Below are positions 23,182-32,921 of a stretch of 64,000 bases of DNA, piece by piece. The stretch's first letter is position 1. Each line of letters starts with the position of its first letter. The stretch covers positions 19,257 through 83,256 of the forward strand of contig JAJCZO010000264.1 of the NCBI GenBank assembly GCA_029262355.1, given 5' to 3'. A program made the position numbers and the translations under genes. The DNA is from Deltaproteobacteria bacterium. GTDB lineage: Bacteria > Desulfobacterota > Binatia > UBA12015. Below the pieces are notes generated by a model. That model was not told the DNA's origin. It did not search any database and worked only from the letters and a program-made list of their open reading frames with translations.

Positions 23182-26100
23182 ATGTCGGATGCTTCCGAAA
23201 TCATCGGCGAACACTCGGTCGAAGGAGTGGTCGCACGCGTGGCCGCCCGGCTGCCCGAGGAGGCCCGGGTGCGGGTTGCCGGGGCTCGTGGGCCGGCCCG
23301 AGCCGCACTCGTCGCCCAGCTGGCTCGATTTCTGGCTCGGCCCCTTCTCGTATTCGAACCGACCGCGCGGGAGGCCGAAGTTCTCGCCCAGGACCTGCGC
23401 TTTTTCCTCGGCGAGCCCGGGGAGGCCGCTCTGGTGCGCAAGCGGGTCCACGTTCTGCCACCATGGGACACGGCTCCGTTCGCACCGATGTCGCCGAGTC
23501 CGGAGACGGTCGCGCAACGGATCGAGGGGCTCTACCACCTTCGGCGGTCGCGGAACCCGATCATCGTCACCACCCCTGAGGCGGTACTCCAGCGCGTGAT
23601 GCCTCCCGCGGAGCTCGACGAGGCGGTGACGTACCTGGTCGAGGGCGAGGACATCGACCTCGGGGAGGTCGCGAGGCGTCTGACCGATTGGGGGTATCGT
23701 CGTCGCCCGCTCGTGGAGGATCGCGGTGAGTTCGCGATTCGGGGTGGGCTGCTCGACGTGTTCGTGACCGGTCAGCCGGATCCGCTTCGCCTCGAGCTGA
23801 TCGGCGACACCCTGGACTCGATTCGAACGTTCGACGCTCGTTCTCAGCGGCGCGTCGAGTCCTGCGAGGACGCACTCATTCTGCCGGCAGCGGAGGTCCG
23901 CATCGGAGCGCGCAACGAGCCGGCCCGCCTCCGCCAGATCGAGGAGCGCGCGCGCGAAGTGCAGATGCCACGGCGTGAGCGCCTCGCCTTGATCGACGCG
24001 TTGGTCGAGGGGACGTTGCTGCCCGGGTTCGAGGTGCTCGCGCCGTACCTGGCTCCGCTCGTTCCCGTGTTCGAGTATCTTCCCGAGGGCACGGTGCTGG
24101 TTCGCGACGACGAAGCGGCTCTGCTCAAGGCGCGGGATGAGGCGTGGGAGAGCGTAGCCGATCACGCTAGGCTCGCCGACGAGGAGCGCCGGATCTATCC
24201 GCCTCCCGAGGCGCTGTACCTTCCCGCCGAAGAGCTCGCCGACCGGGTCGCTGCATTTCCATGTGTCCAGCTCGACCCGTTCGAAGATCCCGGTGGGGTG
24301 GCGGGGTCCGAGGGTGTCGCGGTGCGGCTTCCGTTCGAAGTTCGCGACACGAGACTGCTGCGCGAGAAGGGGCAGTTCGAGGCGGTCGCCGATCGGATCC
24401 GCGCATGGGCGGCATCGGACGCCAGGGTGGCGCTCGTCGTGGGATCGGCGAGCCAGGCCGAGCGGCTCCGGAACGTGCTGGAGTCGCAGGAGTTGGCGGT
24501 GCCGGTGGTCGGCGACTCTCTGCCGACGGCACTTCTCGAGCACGACGAGGCGGGCCCCTTCATCGTCGAAGGCGAGCTCTCGGGATCGGTATGGTTGCCC
24601 GACGATCGGCTGGTCTGTGTTGCCGAGTTGAATCTCTTCGGAGAGCACCGGCGGTCACGCCGCCGCAAGGAGGTGGCGCTGACGCTGGACGAGGTCATGC
24701 GCAGTCTCGAGCAGCTCAAGCCGGCCGACTTTGTGGTCCACCTCGACCACGGCATCGGCCGCTACCACGGGCTCACCCATCTCACCGTGGCGGGCGACGA
24801 GGGGGATTTCCTCCTCCTCGAGTACCACGGTGGGGATCGTCTCTACCTTCCCGTCGACCGGGTGAACCTCGTGCAGAAGTACGTAGGTGGGGATGGCAAG
24901 GAGCCTGAGCTCGACAAGCTCGGCGGGACGACATGGGAGCGCACGAAGCAGAAGACCAAGGAATCCATCCTGGCGATGGCCCACGAGCTGCTGGACCTCT
25001 ACGCGGTGCGGCAGCGAAACCGCTCCCACGCGTTCTCGAGTGATGATCCGTACTACCAGGAGTTCGAGGCGCGCTTCCCGTTCGACGAGACTCCCGACCA
25101 AGGGCGCGCGATTCGCGAGGTGTTGGAGGATCTCGGCAAGGATAGGCCGATGGATCGCCTGGTGTGCGGCGATGTAGGCTATGGCAAGACCGAGGTCGCG
25201 ATGCGGGCGGCGTTCGTCGTGGCGATGGAGGGCAAGCAGGTCGCCGTCCTGGTGCCCACTACGGTTCTCGCCCAGCAGCACTCGGAGTCGCTCAAGAAAC
25301 GGTTCGAAGGGTACCCGGTAACCATCGAGACCATCTCGGGCTTCCGGACCCGCAAGCAGAACCTCGATGTCGTCGCTGGACTCAAGGCGGGTGCCGTCGA
25401 CATCGTCGTGGGGACGCATCGGCTCCTGCAGAAGGACGTCGAGTTCGCCCGACTCGGTCTCTTGGTGATCGACGAGGAACATCGGTTTGGGGTCCGCGAC
25501 AAAGAGCGCGTAAAGCAGATGCGCAAGCTTGTGGACGTGCTCACGCTTTCGGCCACCCCGATTCCGCGGACGCTCGAGTTGTCGCTCACCGGAATTCGCG
25601 ACCTGTCTGTGATCGAGACGCCGCCGCTCGACCGGCAAGCCATTCGCACGTATGTGACGCGCAGCGAAGACGCCATGATCCGCGAGGCGATCTTGCGCGA
25701 GATACACCGAGGCGGGCAGGTCTTCTTCGTGCACAATCGCGTGCAGTCGATCGAACGGATGGCCGAGAAGGTTCGCGTCCTGGTGCCGGAGGCGAAGGTT
25801 GTGGTCGGCCACGGCCAGATGCGAGAGCACGCGCTCGAGAAGGTCATGATGGGCTTCCTCGAGCACGAGTTCGACGTGCTCTGTTGTACCGCGATCGTCG
25901 AGTCCGGGCTCGACATCCCGAACGCGAATACGATCCTCATCAACCGGGCGGATACCTTCGGGCTCGCCCAGCTCTACCAGCTCCGTGGCCGGGTGGGGCG
26001 TTCCGCAGCGCGGGCGTATGCGTATCTTCTCATTCCGGGCGAACAGATTCTGAGCAAGGACGCGCGGCTGCGTCTGCAGGTCCTGCAGGAGCTCGACGAT

Positions 26101-26760
26101 CTTGGGGGTGGTTTCAAGATCGCGGCCCACGACCTCGAGATTCGTGGTGCGGGGAACCTGCTTGGCAAGAAGCAGAGCGGCCATGTCACTGCGGTTGGGT
26201 TCGAGCTCTACACACGGATGATGGAAGAGGCCGTGCACGAGCTGCGCGGCGATCCGGTCGAGACGGACATCGAGCCGGAGATCCATCTCGGGATCGGGGT
26301 CTATATCCCCGACTCCTACGTCGACGACGTGAATCAGAGACTCGTGTGGTATAAGCGACTCGCTGCGCTTCGAAGTGCGGGGGACCGCGTCCTCCTCGCG
26401 GAGGAGCTGCGTGACCGCTATGGACCGATCCCGTCGATCGTCGACACTCTTCTCGATGTGATGGAGCTGCGCCGCCGAATGAAAATGCTCGGGATTCTCG
26501 AGGCGAGAGTGCGTGGCACTCGGCTTGCGCTTCGCTTCCATGAGACGGCGCCGGTTGAGGCCGAGCGTCTGGTCGAGTTCGCGGCGGAAGGGGGCGCGGG
26601 GCGCACACTACAGCCGGATGGGACCCTCATCGTTGGGGTGGACCCGGGCGAGGGGCTCTTGCGCGACGTATCCGAGCTGCTCTCCACGCTAGACCAGCTC
26701 CGCCCGGCTCCGCCCGAGGATCCGGCGGGTGGCCGCGCAGCTGGGGAGGTTCGGCCGTGA
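23182..26760 (+). CDS. mfd: transcription-repair coupling factor
   Basis: 1192 aa with the CarD-like segment 'DFVVHLDHGIGRYHGL', the helicase motif 'CGDVGYGKTEVAMRAAF', 'DEEHRFGV' and a TRG-motif region. Confidence 0.95.
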   Translation: MSDASEIIGEHSVEGVVARVAARLPEEARVRVAGARGPARAALVAQLARFLARPLLVFEPTAREAEVLAQDLRFFLGEPGEAALVRKRVHVLPPWDTAPFAPMSPSPETVAQRIEGLYHLRRSRNPIIVTTPEAVLQRVMPPAELDEAVTYLVEGEDIDLGEVARRLTDWGYRRRPLVEDRGEFAIRGGLLDVFVTGQPDPLRLELIGDTLDSIRTFDARSQRRVESCEDALILPAAEVRIGARNEPARLRQIEERAREVQMPRRERLALIDALVEGTLLPGFEVLAPYLAPLVPVFEYLPEGTVLVRDDEAALLKARDEAWESVADHARLADEERRIYPPPEALYLPAEELADRVAAFPCVQLDPFEDPGGVAGSEGVAVRLPFEVRDTRLLREKGQFEAVADRIRAWAASDARVALVVGSASQAERLRNVLESQELAVPVVGDSLPTALLEHDEAGPFIVEGELSGSVWLPDDRLVCVAELNLFGEHRRSRRRKEVALTLDEVMRSLEQLKPADFVVHLDHGIGRYHGLTHLTVAGDEGDFLLLEYHGGDRLYLPVDRVNLVQKYVGGDGKEPELDKLGGTTWERTKQKTKESILAMAHELLDLYAVRQRNRSHAFSSDDPYYQEFEARFPFDETPDQGRAIREVLEDLGKDRPMDRLVCGDVGYGKTEVAMRAAFVVAMEGKQVAVLVPTTVLAQQHSESLKKRFEGYPVTIETISGFRTRKQNLDVVAGLKAGAVDIVVGTHRLLQKDVEFARLGLLVIDEEHRFGVRDKERVKQMRKLVDVLTLSATPIPRTLELSLTGIRDLSVIETPPLDRQAIRTYVTRSEDAMIREAILREIHRGGQVFFVHNRVQSIERMAEKVRVLVPEAKVVVGHGQMREHALEKVMMGFLEHEFDVLCCTAIVESGLDIPNANTILINRADTFGLAQLYQLRGRVGRSAARAYAYLLIPGEQILSKDARLRLQVLQELDDLGGGFKIAAHDLEIRGAGNLLGKKQSGHVTAVGFELYTRMMEEAVHELRGDPVETDIEPEIHLGIGVYIPDSYVDDVNQRLVWYKRLAALRSAGDRVLLAEELRDRYGPIPSIVDTLLDVMELRRRMKMLGILEARVRGTRLALRFHETAPVEAERLVEFAAEGGAGRTLQPDGTLIVGVDPGEGLLRDVSELLSTLDQLRPAPPEDPAGGRAAGEVRP

Positions 26761-28676
26761 GCGACGGCGGATCGCCTGAGGAGCTGCCACAGCACGTAGA
26801 AGGGCCGCTTCCGCTGCTGGCTCTGGGAGCCCTGGGCGTGGTGTACGGCGACATTGGGACGTCGCCGCTTTACGCGCTGCGGGAGTGCTTCCTCGGGGAG
26901 CACGTTCTGCCCATCAACGCGGCCAATGTGCTCGGTGTTCTGTCGCTGATTTTCTGGTCGCTCGTGATGGTGATCAGTGTCAAGTACCTCACGTTCGTCA
27001 TGCGCGCGGACAACCATGGTGAGGGTGGCATTCTGGCCTTGTTGTCGCTGACTCGGGCGGGAGGGGCGGATCGCACCGGGCCGCTGCCCCGATACGTGCT
27101 CCTCCTCCTCGGATTGTTCGCCGCGTCGCTGTTGTACGGAGAAGGTGTCATCACGCCCGCGATCTCAGTGCTCTCGGCGGTGGAGGGCCTCGGCGTTGCG
27201 ACTCAGACGTTCGATCCGTTCATCATCCCAATCACGATCGTAATCTTGATCGGTCTCTTCACCGTGCAGTATCGGGGTACGGCGGGGATCGGTGCGGTCT
27301 TCGGCCCGATGATGCTCGTGTGGTTCGGCACCATCGGGGTGCTGGGTGCCGTGAAGATCTTTGCCCAGCAGGGCGACCACGTGTCGGTGCTTGCGGCGCT
27401 CGATCCGCGGTGGGCGGTGTCGTTCCTCGCATCCGCTGGCGACGTGGGTTTCTTCGTGCTCGGTTCCGTCGTGCTGGTGATTACGGGCGGTGAAGCCCTG
27501 TATGCCGACATGGGGCATTTTGGCCCCAAGCCCATCCGGTTGGCCTGGTACACGGTCGTGCTGCCGGGGCTCTTGCTGAACTACTTCGGGCAAGGCGTGC
27601 TTCTCCTCGAGAGGGGCTCTGCCGTGACGAACCCCTTCTTCGAACTTGCGCCGGAGTGGGGACTGTACCCGCTCGTGGCGCTGGCCACGGTCGCCACGAT
27701 CATCGCGTCGCAGGCGCTCATCTCGGGCTCGTTCTCCCTCACGCAGGCAGCCGTGCAGCTGGGCTATTCGCCGCGGTTCACGATCATCCACACGTCCAAG
27801 ACGGCACATGGGCAGATCTACATCCCGACCGTGAACCGAACGCTGATGATCTTCTGCATCTTGCTCGTGCTGGGCTTCCAGGAATCGAGCGAACTCGCCG
27901 ACGCGTACGGCATGGCGGTCATGGGAACGATGACCACCACTACGTTGCTCTTCTACGCCGTTGCGCGCGAACGGTGGGGTTGGACGCGGATGCGTGCCGG
28001 CGGAACGATCGCGGTCTTCCTGCTCTTCGACCTCTCGTTCCTGGGTGCGAACCTCGTAAAATTCTTCGAGGGTGGCTGGTTCCCGCTGGCGGTGGGTGCG
28101 GTTCTGTTCGCGGCGATGACGACATGGAAGCGGGGGCGGGCGGAGGTCGGGAGCATTCTCTCCGCGGCCCGGCTGCCGTTGGACATTTTCCTACAAGACG
28201 TCGAGGCAACGCAGTGCCATCGTGTGTCGGGGACCGCGGTCGTCATGACGTCCGCGCTCGACGGCGTGCCCAGCGTTTTGATGCACCACTTCAAGCACAA
28301 CAAGGTCCTGCACGAGCGCGTCGTGTTCATGTCGTTCATTTCCGCGGTGCGACCGGAGGTGCCCGACCACGAGCGACTGTCGGTCGAGGAGTGCGGCCAG
28401 GGCTTCTATCGCGTCTTGGTGCGCTTCGGGTTCATGGAGTCTCCTCGCGTCGAGCCGGTCCTGAGCCTCTGCGCGAAGCAGGGCCTCGCCATCGAGATGC
28501 AGCAGACGACGTTCTTCTTGGGTCGCGAGACGCTCCTTGCGACGGGGCCGTCTCGGATGGCGACCTGGCGGAAGCGGCTCTTTGGCGTGCTCGCGCGCAA
28601 CGCGCCGTCGGCGACCGCCTACTTCGGAATCCCGCCAAACCGGGTCGTGGAGCTCGGCGCCCAACTCGAGATCTGA
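26757..28676 (+). CDS. kup: KUP/HAK/KT potassium uptake transporter
   Basis: 'LGALGVVYGDIGTSPLYALRECF' is the Kup signature. The protein is 639 aa and polytopic. The GTG start overlaps the mfd stop (GTGA) and has a GGGGAGG SD. Confidence 0.93.
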   Translation: MSDGGSPEELPQHVEGPLPLLALGALGVVYGDIGTSPLYALRECFLGEHVLPINAANVLGVLSLIFWSLVMVISVKYLTFVMRADNHGEGGILALLSLTRAGGADRTGPLPRYVLLLLGLFAASLLYGEGVITPAISVLSAVEGLGVATQTFDPFIIPITIVILIGLFTVQYRGTAGIGAVFGPMMLVWFGTIGVLGAVKIFAQQGDHVSVLAALDPRWAVSFLASAGDVGFFVLGSVVLVITGGEALYADMGHFGPKPIRLAWYTVVLPGLLLNYFGQGVLLLERGSAVTNPFFELAPEWGLYPLVALATVATIIASQALISGSFSLTQAAVQLGYSPRFTIIHTSKTAHGQIYIPTVNRTLMIFCILLVLGFQESSELADAYGMAVMGTMTTTTLLFYAVARERWGWTRMRAGGTIAVFLLFDLSFLGANLVKFFEGGWFPLAVGAVLFAAMTTWKRGRAEVGSILSAARLPLDIFLQDVEATQCHRVSGTAVVMTSALDGVPSVLMHHFKHNKVLHERVVFMSFISAVRPEVPDHERLSVEECGQGFYRVLVRFGFMESPRVEPVLSLCAKQGLAIEMQQTTFFLGRETLLATGPSRMATWRKRLFGVLARNAPSATAYFGIPPNRVVELGAQLEI

Positions 28677-29251
28677 CCGAGTTTGCTCGCGAGGCTTGGG
28701 ACACTGGCCTGGCGCGGGGCGAGGCGGGTGAAGCACAGGTCGATCCATTCGACGTGGGCTCTGATGGCGAGACGTGAGGCCTCGAGCGCGAGAAGCTCTG
28801 CGGAGTCGACGGAGCCCCCGGTTTCTTCGAGGCGATTGCACCGCGCGGCGACGCGATCGTATTCGAGCGCGTAGACGGAACGCTCTTCGAGGAGGCCATC
28901 GAGGATTTGCTCGAGGCAGGCGGGTCCGCCGACGCAGAGCCGTCCGAGGACTTCGTACCGTGCTGGGCCTGGTGGGCGGGTCGGATGGATGGGCGCGGTG
29001 CGCCATCGCTCGAGTTCGGTCTCGCCTGCCGGGGTGATCGCGACGGGCCAGCGCGCGTGACCATGTCCGCGATCCGTTTCGCACGGCAGCTCTTCGACGA
29101 GGCGCGCTCGGCGCAGTCGGTCGAGCACCTGGTAGACCTGGCCGACGTTCACGCGCCAGGCCGGGCCGAGTAGCTGATCCAGTCGCCGCTTCAGTCGGTA
29201 CCCGTGGTCGGCACCGTCCTGAAGGAGAGTGAGGATCGCATACTGGAGCAT
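28619..29251 (-). CDS. PadR-family transcriptional regulator
   Basis: 'MLQYAILTLLQDGADHGYRLKRRLDQLLGPAWRVNVGQVYQVLDRLRRARLVE' is a winged-helix PadR N-terminal domain. The 3' end overlaps the kup 3' end convergently by 58 nt. Confidence 0.8.
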   Translation of the reverse strand: MLQYAILTLLQDGADHGYRLKRRLDQLLGPAWRVNVGQVYQVLDRLRRARLVEELPCETDRGHGHARWPVAITPAGETELERWRTAPIHPTRPPGPARYEVLGRLCVGGPACLEQILDGLLEERSVYALEYDRVAARCNRLEETGGSVDSAELLALEASRLAIRAHVEWIDLCFTRLAPRQASVPSLASKLGQISSWAPSSTTRFGGIPK

Positions 29252-29383
29252 GGGGGCCGGTATCTCGATGGAAGGCTGGTGCGCAACGGCTCCCCAGACT
29301 CCACTACGGTTGTGGAGGTGCTCGTGCCATGTGATGGATCGATGCCGTGAACTGAGTCGGGACTCGTTGTGGAAAGCGAGAGA

Positions 29384-29692
29384 CTACGAGCGGGGCAGTT
29401 CCCGACGTCGCCCCATCGCGCGTACGAACTCACGCAAGAGGGCGTAGGCCGCCCAGAGCAGCAAGACGTCTCCGATGCTCGCGATTCGCAAGACCTGTCG
29501 AAGTTGGTAGAGCTTCACCTCGCGTAGGTCTTGGATGAGGTCCCAGCCGATCGAGGCGGTGTAGAGGAAGGCGAGAAGGATGAGGCCCTTCAGCGCGCCG
29601 CGTCCGATCTCGCGTAGTCGCTCGCCGTCGAGTGGGAAGCGCGTGCGGTAGATCCCTCCCCAGGACCGGCTCATCCGTATGGCGTTTCCCAT
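29384..29692 (-). CDS. small membrane protein (hypothetical), upstream partner of padR
   Basis: Trimmed to the ATG at 29692, which has an AGGAG SD (CAGGAGAACGCGATG). Two hydrophobic helices are present: 'ALKGLILLAFLYTASIGW' and 'IASIGDVLLLWAAYALL'. Confidence 0.5.
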   Translation of the reverse strand: MGNAIRMSRSWGGIYRTRFPLDGERLREIGRGALKGLILLAFLYTASIGWDLIQDLREVKLYQLRQVLRIASIGDVLLLWAAYALLREFVRAMGRRRELPRS

Positions 29693-29848
29693 CGCGTTCT
29701 CCTGTGGTCTTGCTCGCCCCGGGTGAGGCAATGAGGGGCAATGCAGCAACTCCTGGACCGATCGGGTCGCGCAGTTGGGGAGGAACGGAGTGACGGCGAG
29801 CGCTCTCGCGGCACTTTCGGGGCGCCGTCGGCACACTCGCGCGCGAAC

Positions 29849-30736
29849 TCAGGTCCGGTCTGCGGCAATGTGCTCGGCGCGCCGCACGAGCCCCATCGCG
29901 CGGAGGGTTTCGCACATGGGTGCGAAGTGCTCGCTTGGACCCCGCCACAGCCAATCGTTTGGTGAGTGCCCTACGGGAGCATCGGTCCGCAGGGTTGCGA
30001 GCCTTTTGAAGAGCATGGCGTCGTCACGGCCTTCGGCCAGGGCGTCTGCGAGCCGCGCGGCTCCGCGCGGCTTCACCTTCCACTGATCGACGTCGTCGGG
30101 GATCTGGTCGACGTGGCCGTACTCCGAGAGGACGGCGGCCGCCGACTTGGCGCCCCAGCCCGGCAACCCGGGGAAGCCATCCGCAGTGTCTCCGACCAGT
30201 GCGAGGTAGTCGGTGATCGATGCGGGCGGCACGCCGAACTTCTCGATCACTCCCTGTTTGTCACTGATGAGGTTCTTGCGGCGGTCGAGCTGCACGACCC
30301 GCGTCCCCTCGACACACTGCGTGAGATCCTTGTCGGGGGTGCAGATGAAGACCTTTGTGACGTTCGGGTCGGCACTGGCGATCGCGGCGGCGGAGGCCAG
30401 CCCGTCGTCGGCTTCGAACTCGACCATCGGCCACACGGCGACGCCGAGCGCGCCGAGCAGGTTCTCCAGGGGGTGAAACTGATCGAGGAGTGTAGGATCC
30501 ATCCCCTCGCCCGTCTTGTAGCCGTCCCACATGTCGTTGCGGAACGACTCCACGACGTGGTCCGTCGCGACGCCGACGTGAGTCGCACCATTCTCCAGCA
30601 TGTTTAGGACCGAACCGACGACCCCGCGGACGGCCGCCCTCTCGTTGCCATTCGCGTCGACGTGCGAGGGGAGGGCGAAGAAGTGTCGGAAGAGCTCGTA
30701 CGTTCCGTCGACGAGGTGCACCTGCATGGGTTTCAT
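29849..30736 (-). CDS. 5'-3' exonuclease (FEN / Pol I N-terminal domain-like)
   Basis: Trimmed to the ATG at 30736, which overlaps the HupE stop (ATGA). 'VHLVDGTYELFRHFF', 'EADDGLASAA' and 'YLALVGDTADGFPGLPGWGAKSAAAVL' (H3TH motif). Confidence 0.85.
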   Translation of the reverse strand: MKPMQVHLVDGTYELFRHFFALPSHVDANGNERAAVRGVVGSVLNMLENGATHVGVATDHVVESFRNDMWDGYKTGEGMDPTLLDQFHPLENLLGALGVAVWPMVEFEADDGLASAAAIASADPNVTKVFICTPDKDLTQCVEGTRVVQLDRRKNLISDKQGVIEKFGVPPASITDYLALVGDTADGFPGLPGWGAKSAAAVLSEYGHVDQIPDDVDQWKVKPRGAARLADALAEGRDDAMLFKRLATLRTDAPVGHSPNDWLWRGPSEHFAPMCETLRAMGLVRRAEHIAADRT

Positions 30737-31932
30737 CCCCAGTTGCGTATCACGACCCAGTACAGACCAAGGGCGAGGATCGCCGCGGACCCGGTTTCGG
30801 CGACGCGGACGTACCACCGGCCGTCCCCGAAGCGCGCGAGTGCGCGCAGCAACGGCCACAGCAGGAGTACGACCGCGAGCTGACCGACTTCCACGCCGAC
30901 GTTGAAGCCGAGCAGGGCCGGCGCGATTCGGCTCGCCGGGAGTTCGATCTCCATCAGTACCCCGGCAAAGCCAAACCCATGCATCAAGCCGAAGGCGAAG
31001 GCGACGACGGCGCGCAGTAACCCCGCGTTGCCGCTCGTGTTCTCGAGGAGCCCGAAATGGCACGCGGAAAACAAGGCGAGTCCGGTCCATGCGAGGGGAG
31101 ACAGGACGCCACTTCCGGCGAGTGCCATCACCGCGGCGACGAGAAGCGCGGCCCCAAACGCGTACGGGATCGAACGGCCTTTTCCCCCCAGAAGCCAACC
31201 GTTCTCTGCCGCTACCAGTGCAATGGAGAACCCGATCAGAATTTCGATGGCGGCTGCTTGGGGGCGGAGTACGCCCAGAACCGCAAGGGCGAGCGTGATG
31301 CTGTGCGCTACGGTGAAGGACGTCACCAGTGTCGCGACCTCTCGGAGCGACTGCGAGAGGATCAAGAGCGCCGCCACGAATGCGAGGTGGTCCCACCCGG
31401 CTAGGATGTGCTCGACGCCCAGAGTGACGTAGCCCGAGAACGAGGTTCCGATCGATTCCTCTTCTCCCGGAGCGAACGACCATCGCGGGGCCGTCGCAAC
31501 GAGCACGCGTTCGAGCACTCCTTGCTCGGGATCGCTCACCCGCGCGAAATGGAGATGCGAAGACAAGACGTCCGACAGGATCTGGCTTTCGATCACGCGC
31601 GGCTCGTCCCCCTGGCAGACGACGTCCCAGCGGAAGACCGCCCAGCCGGGAGCCGTTTCCTTCACCCGGACGGGCGCTGAAGGCGTACAGAGCTCGTCGC
31701 CGGCGTAGAGTCGCAGGTGCGAGGCGAGGTAGGCGCTCCAGTCGTGCTCCGGGGGAAAACGTGTCAGCTCGAGCAACGGCATGCGCAGCTGGATCTGTGC
31801 GCCTTCGTCGGTCATCCGGAAGCGCGAGTACGAGGCGCTCTTCGTGTGCGCGTCGGCGCTCATCGGCCACGCGAGGAGGATCACCAGGAGGCCCGCGGCG
31901 AGACCGCGAACGGTCGTGGGCGAAGCCTTCAT
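30733..31932 (-). CDS. HupE/UreJ-family membrane protein, long form with N-terminal periplasmic domain
   Basis: The signal peptide ends 'SADA|HTKS'. 'GVEHILAGWDHLAFVAALLIL' and 'GLMHGFGFAGVL' match HupE/UreJ. Confidence 0.85.
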   Translation of the reverse strand: MKASPTTVRGLAAGLLVILLAWPMSADAHTKSASYSRFRMTDEGAQIQLRMPLLELTRFPPEHDWSAYLASHLRLYAGDELCTPSAPVRVKETAPGWAVFRWDVVCQGDEPRVIESQILSDVLSSHLHFARVSDPEQGVLERVLVATAPRWSFAPGEEESIGTSFSGYVTLGVEHILAGWDHLAFVAALLILSQSLREVATLVTSFTVAHSITLALAVLGVLRPQAAAIEILIGFSIALVAAENGWLLGGKGRSIPYAFGAALLVAAVMALAGSGVLSPLAWTGLALFSACHFGLLENTSGNAGLLRAVVAFAFGLMHGFGFAGVLMEIELPASRIAPALLGFNVGVEVGQLAVVLLLWPLLRALARFGDGRWYVRVAETGSAAILALGLYWVVIRNWG

Positions 31933-32837
31933 TGGGGGGCCGGCACCGCAGTCACACCCGGTTTGATGCGTACATCGGCGTTCGCGCGGAGCTGGTCGAG
32001 ATACGAGCGCAGGGCGTTGTCTCCCGCGCGGCGCAGCATCTCGACGCGTACTTCACTCTCGACCTCGTCCAGCGGCGGGGTGCGGGCTGGGTCTTGGTCG
32101 ATCATGCGCAGCACGTACCACGTTCGTCCGCCCTTCACCGGTTCGCTGACGCCGCCGGTCTCGAGCGTGAGGGCGCGTTTCGTCGGTGTGGGGCCGAGGT
32201 ACTCGCGTAGCTTCGTCGCGGGCAGGAGCCCATTGGGCACGGGGACTATCCATGGGTCGGCGAGCTCGGCCTCCACGGTGGCCGGCGCGTCGCCTGCTCG
32301 CAGGCTCTCGGACGCGGCGGTGGCGCGCCCGCGCACGGCCTCCTCGCTTTCGCCGTCGCGCTTCGCGAACCGGAGGGGGCGAACATGGATCCGGCCCGTA
32401 CGGGCGAAGTAGCCGCTGTTCTCCTCGAAGAACCGTTCGACGTCGGCCCGTGACGGCTCCTCCGGCTGCGCGTCGGCGACGATGGAGTCGATCATGGATG
32501 AGACGAGCAACGAGCGCACTCGCCGGTCGTGCTCGTCTATGCCGAGCTCCCGCGCGCGTTGTACCAGCAGCTCTTCTTCGATCATGCGGTTCAGGACGTG
32601 GGTGCGCTCGGCGTCGCCGATCGGATTCTTGCTGTCGGCGGCGAGGAGCCCCACGGCTCGTTCGAACGCCTCCTGCTCGATCACGGCCCCCCCGACGACG
32701 ACCGCGGTGCCGGCGGGGAGGTCCACGTCGAATCGTGGTCCAGGACGTACGATGCCGGCGACCGCGAGGATCAGCCCGGCGGCGGCTCCCACGGCGAGGA
32801 GCTGGCGTGCACGCGGAGAAGCCTGAGCATCGGTCAT
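31929..32837 (-). CDS. membrane-anchored parvulin-type peptidyl-prolyl isomerase (SurA/PpiD-like)
   Basis: One N-terminal TM helix, a SurA-N-like region ('HVLNRMIEEELLVQRARELGI'), then a PpiC-like domain. The start is set at ATG 32837; a GTG at 32909 is an alternative. The stop overlaps the hupE-like start (ATGA). Confidence 0.7.
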   Translation of the reverse strand: MTDAQASPRARQLLAVGAAAGLILAVAGIVRPGPRFDVDLPAGTAVVVGGAVIEQEAFERAVGLLAADSKNPIGDAERTHVLNRMIEEELLVQRARELGIDEHDRRVRSLLVSSMIDSIVADAQPEEPSRADVERFFEENSGYFARTGRIHVRPLRFAKRDGESEEAVRGRATAASESLRAGDAPATVEAELADPWIVPVPNGLLPATKLREYLGPTPTKRALTLETGGVSEPVKGGRTWYVLRMIDQDPARTPPLDEVESEVRVEMLRRAGDNALRSYLDQLRANADVRIKPGVTAVPAPQ

Positions 32838-32921
32838 CCGGCCATGTAAGCCCGAACCAGGTGTCCGCGCCAGCGGGTTCGGGCCTGGCGGATGGTTGGG
32901 GAGGGACACTAAGGTGGTGTC

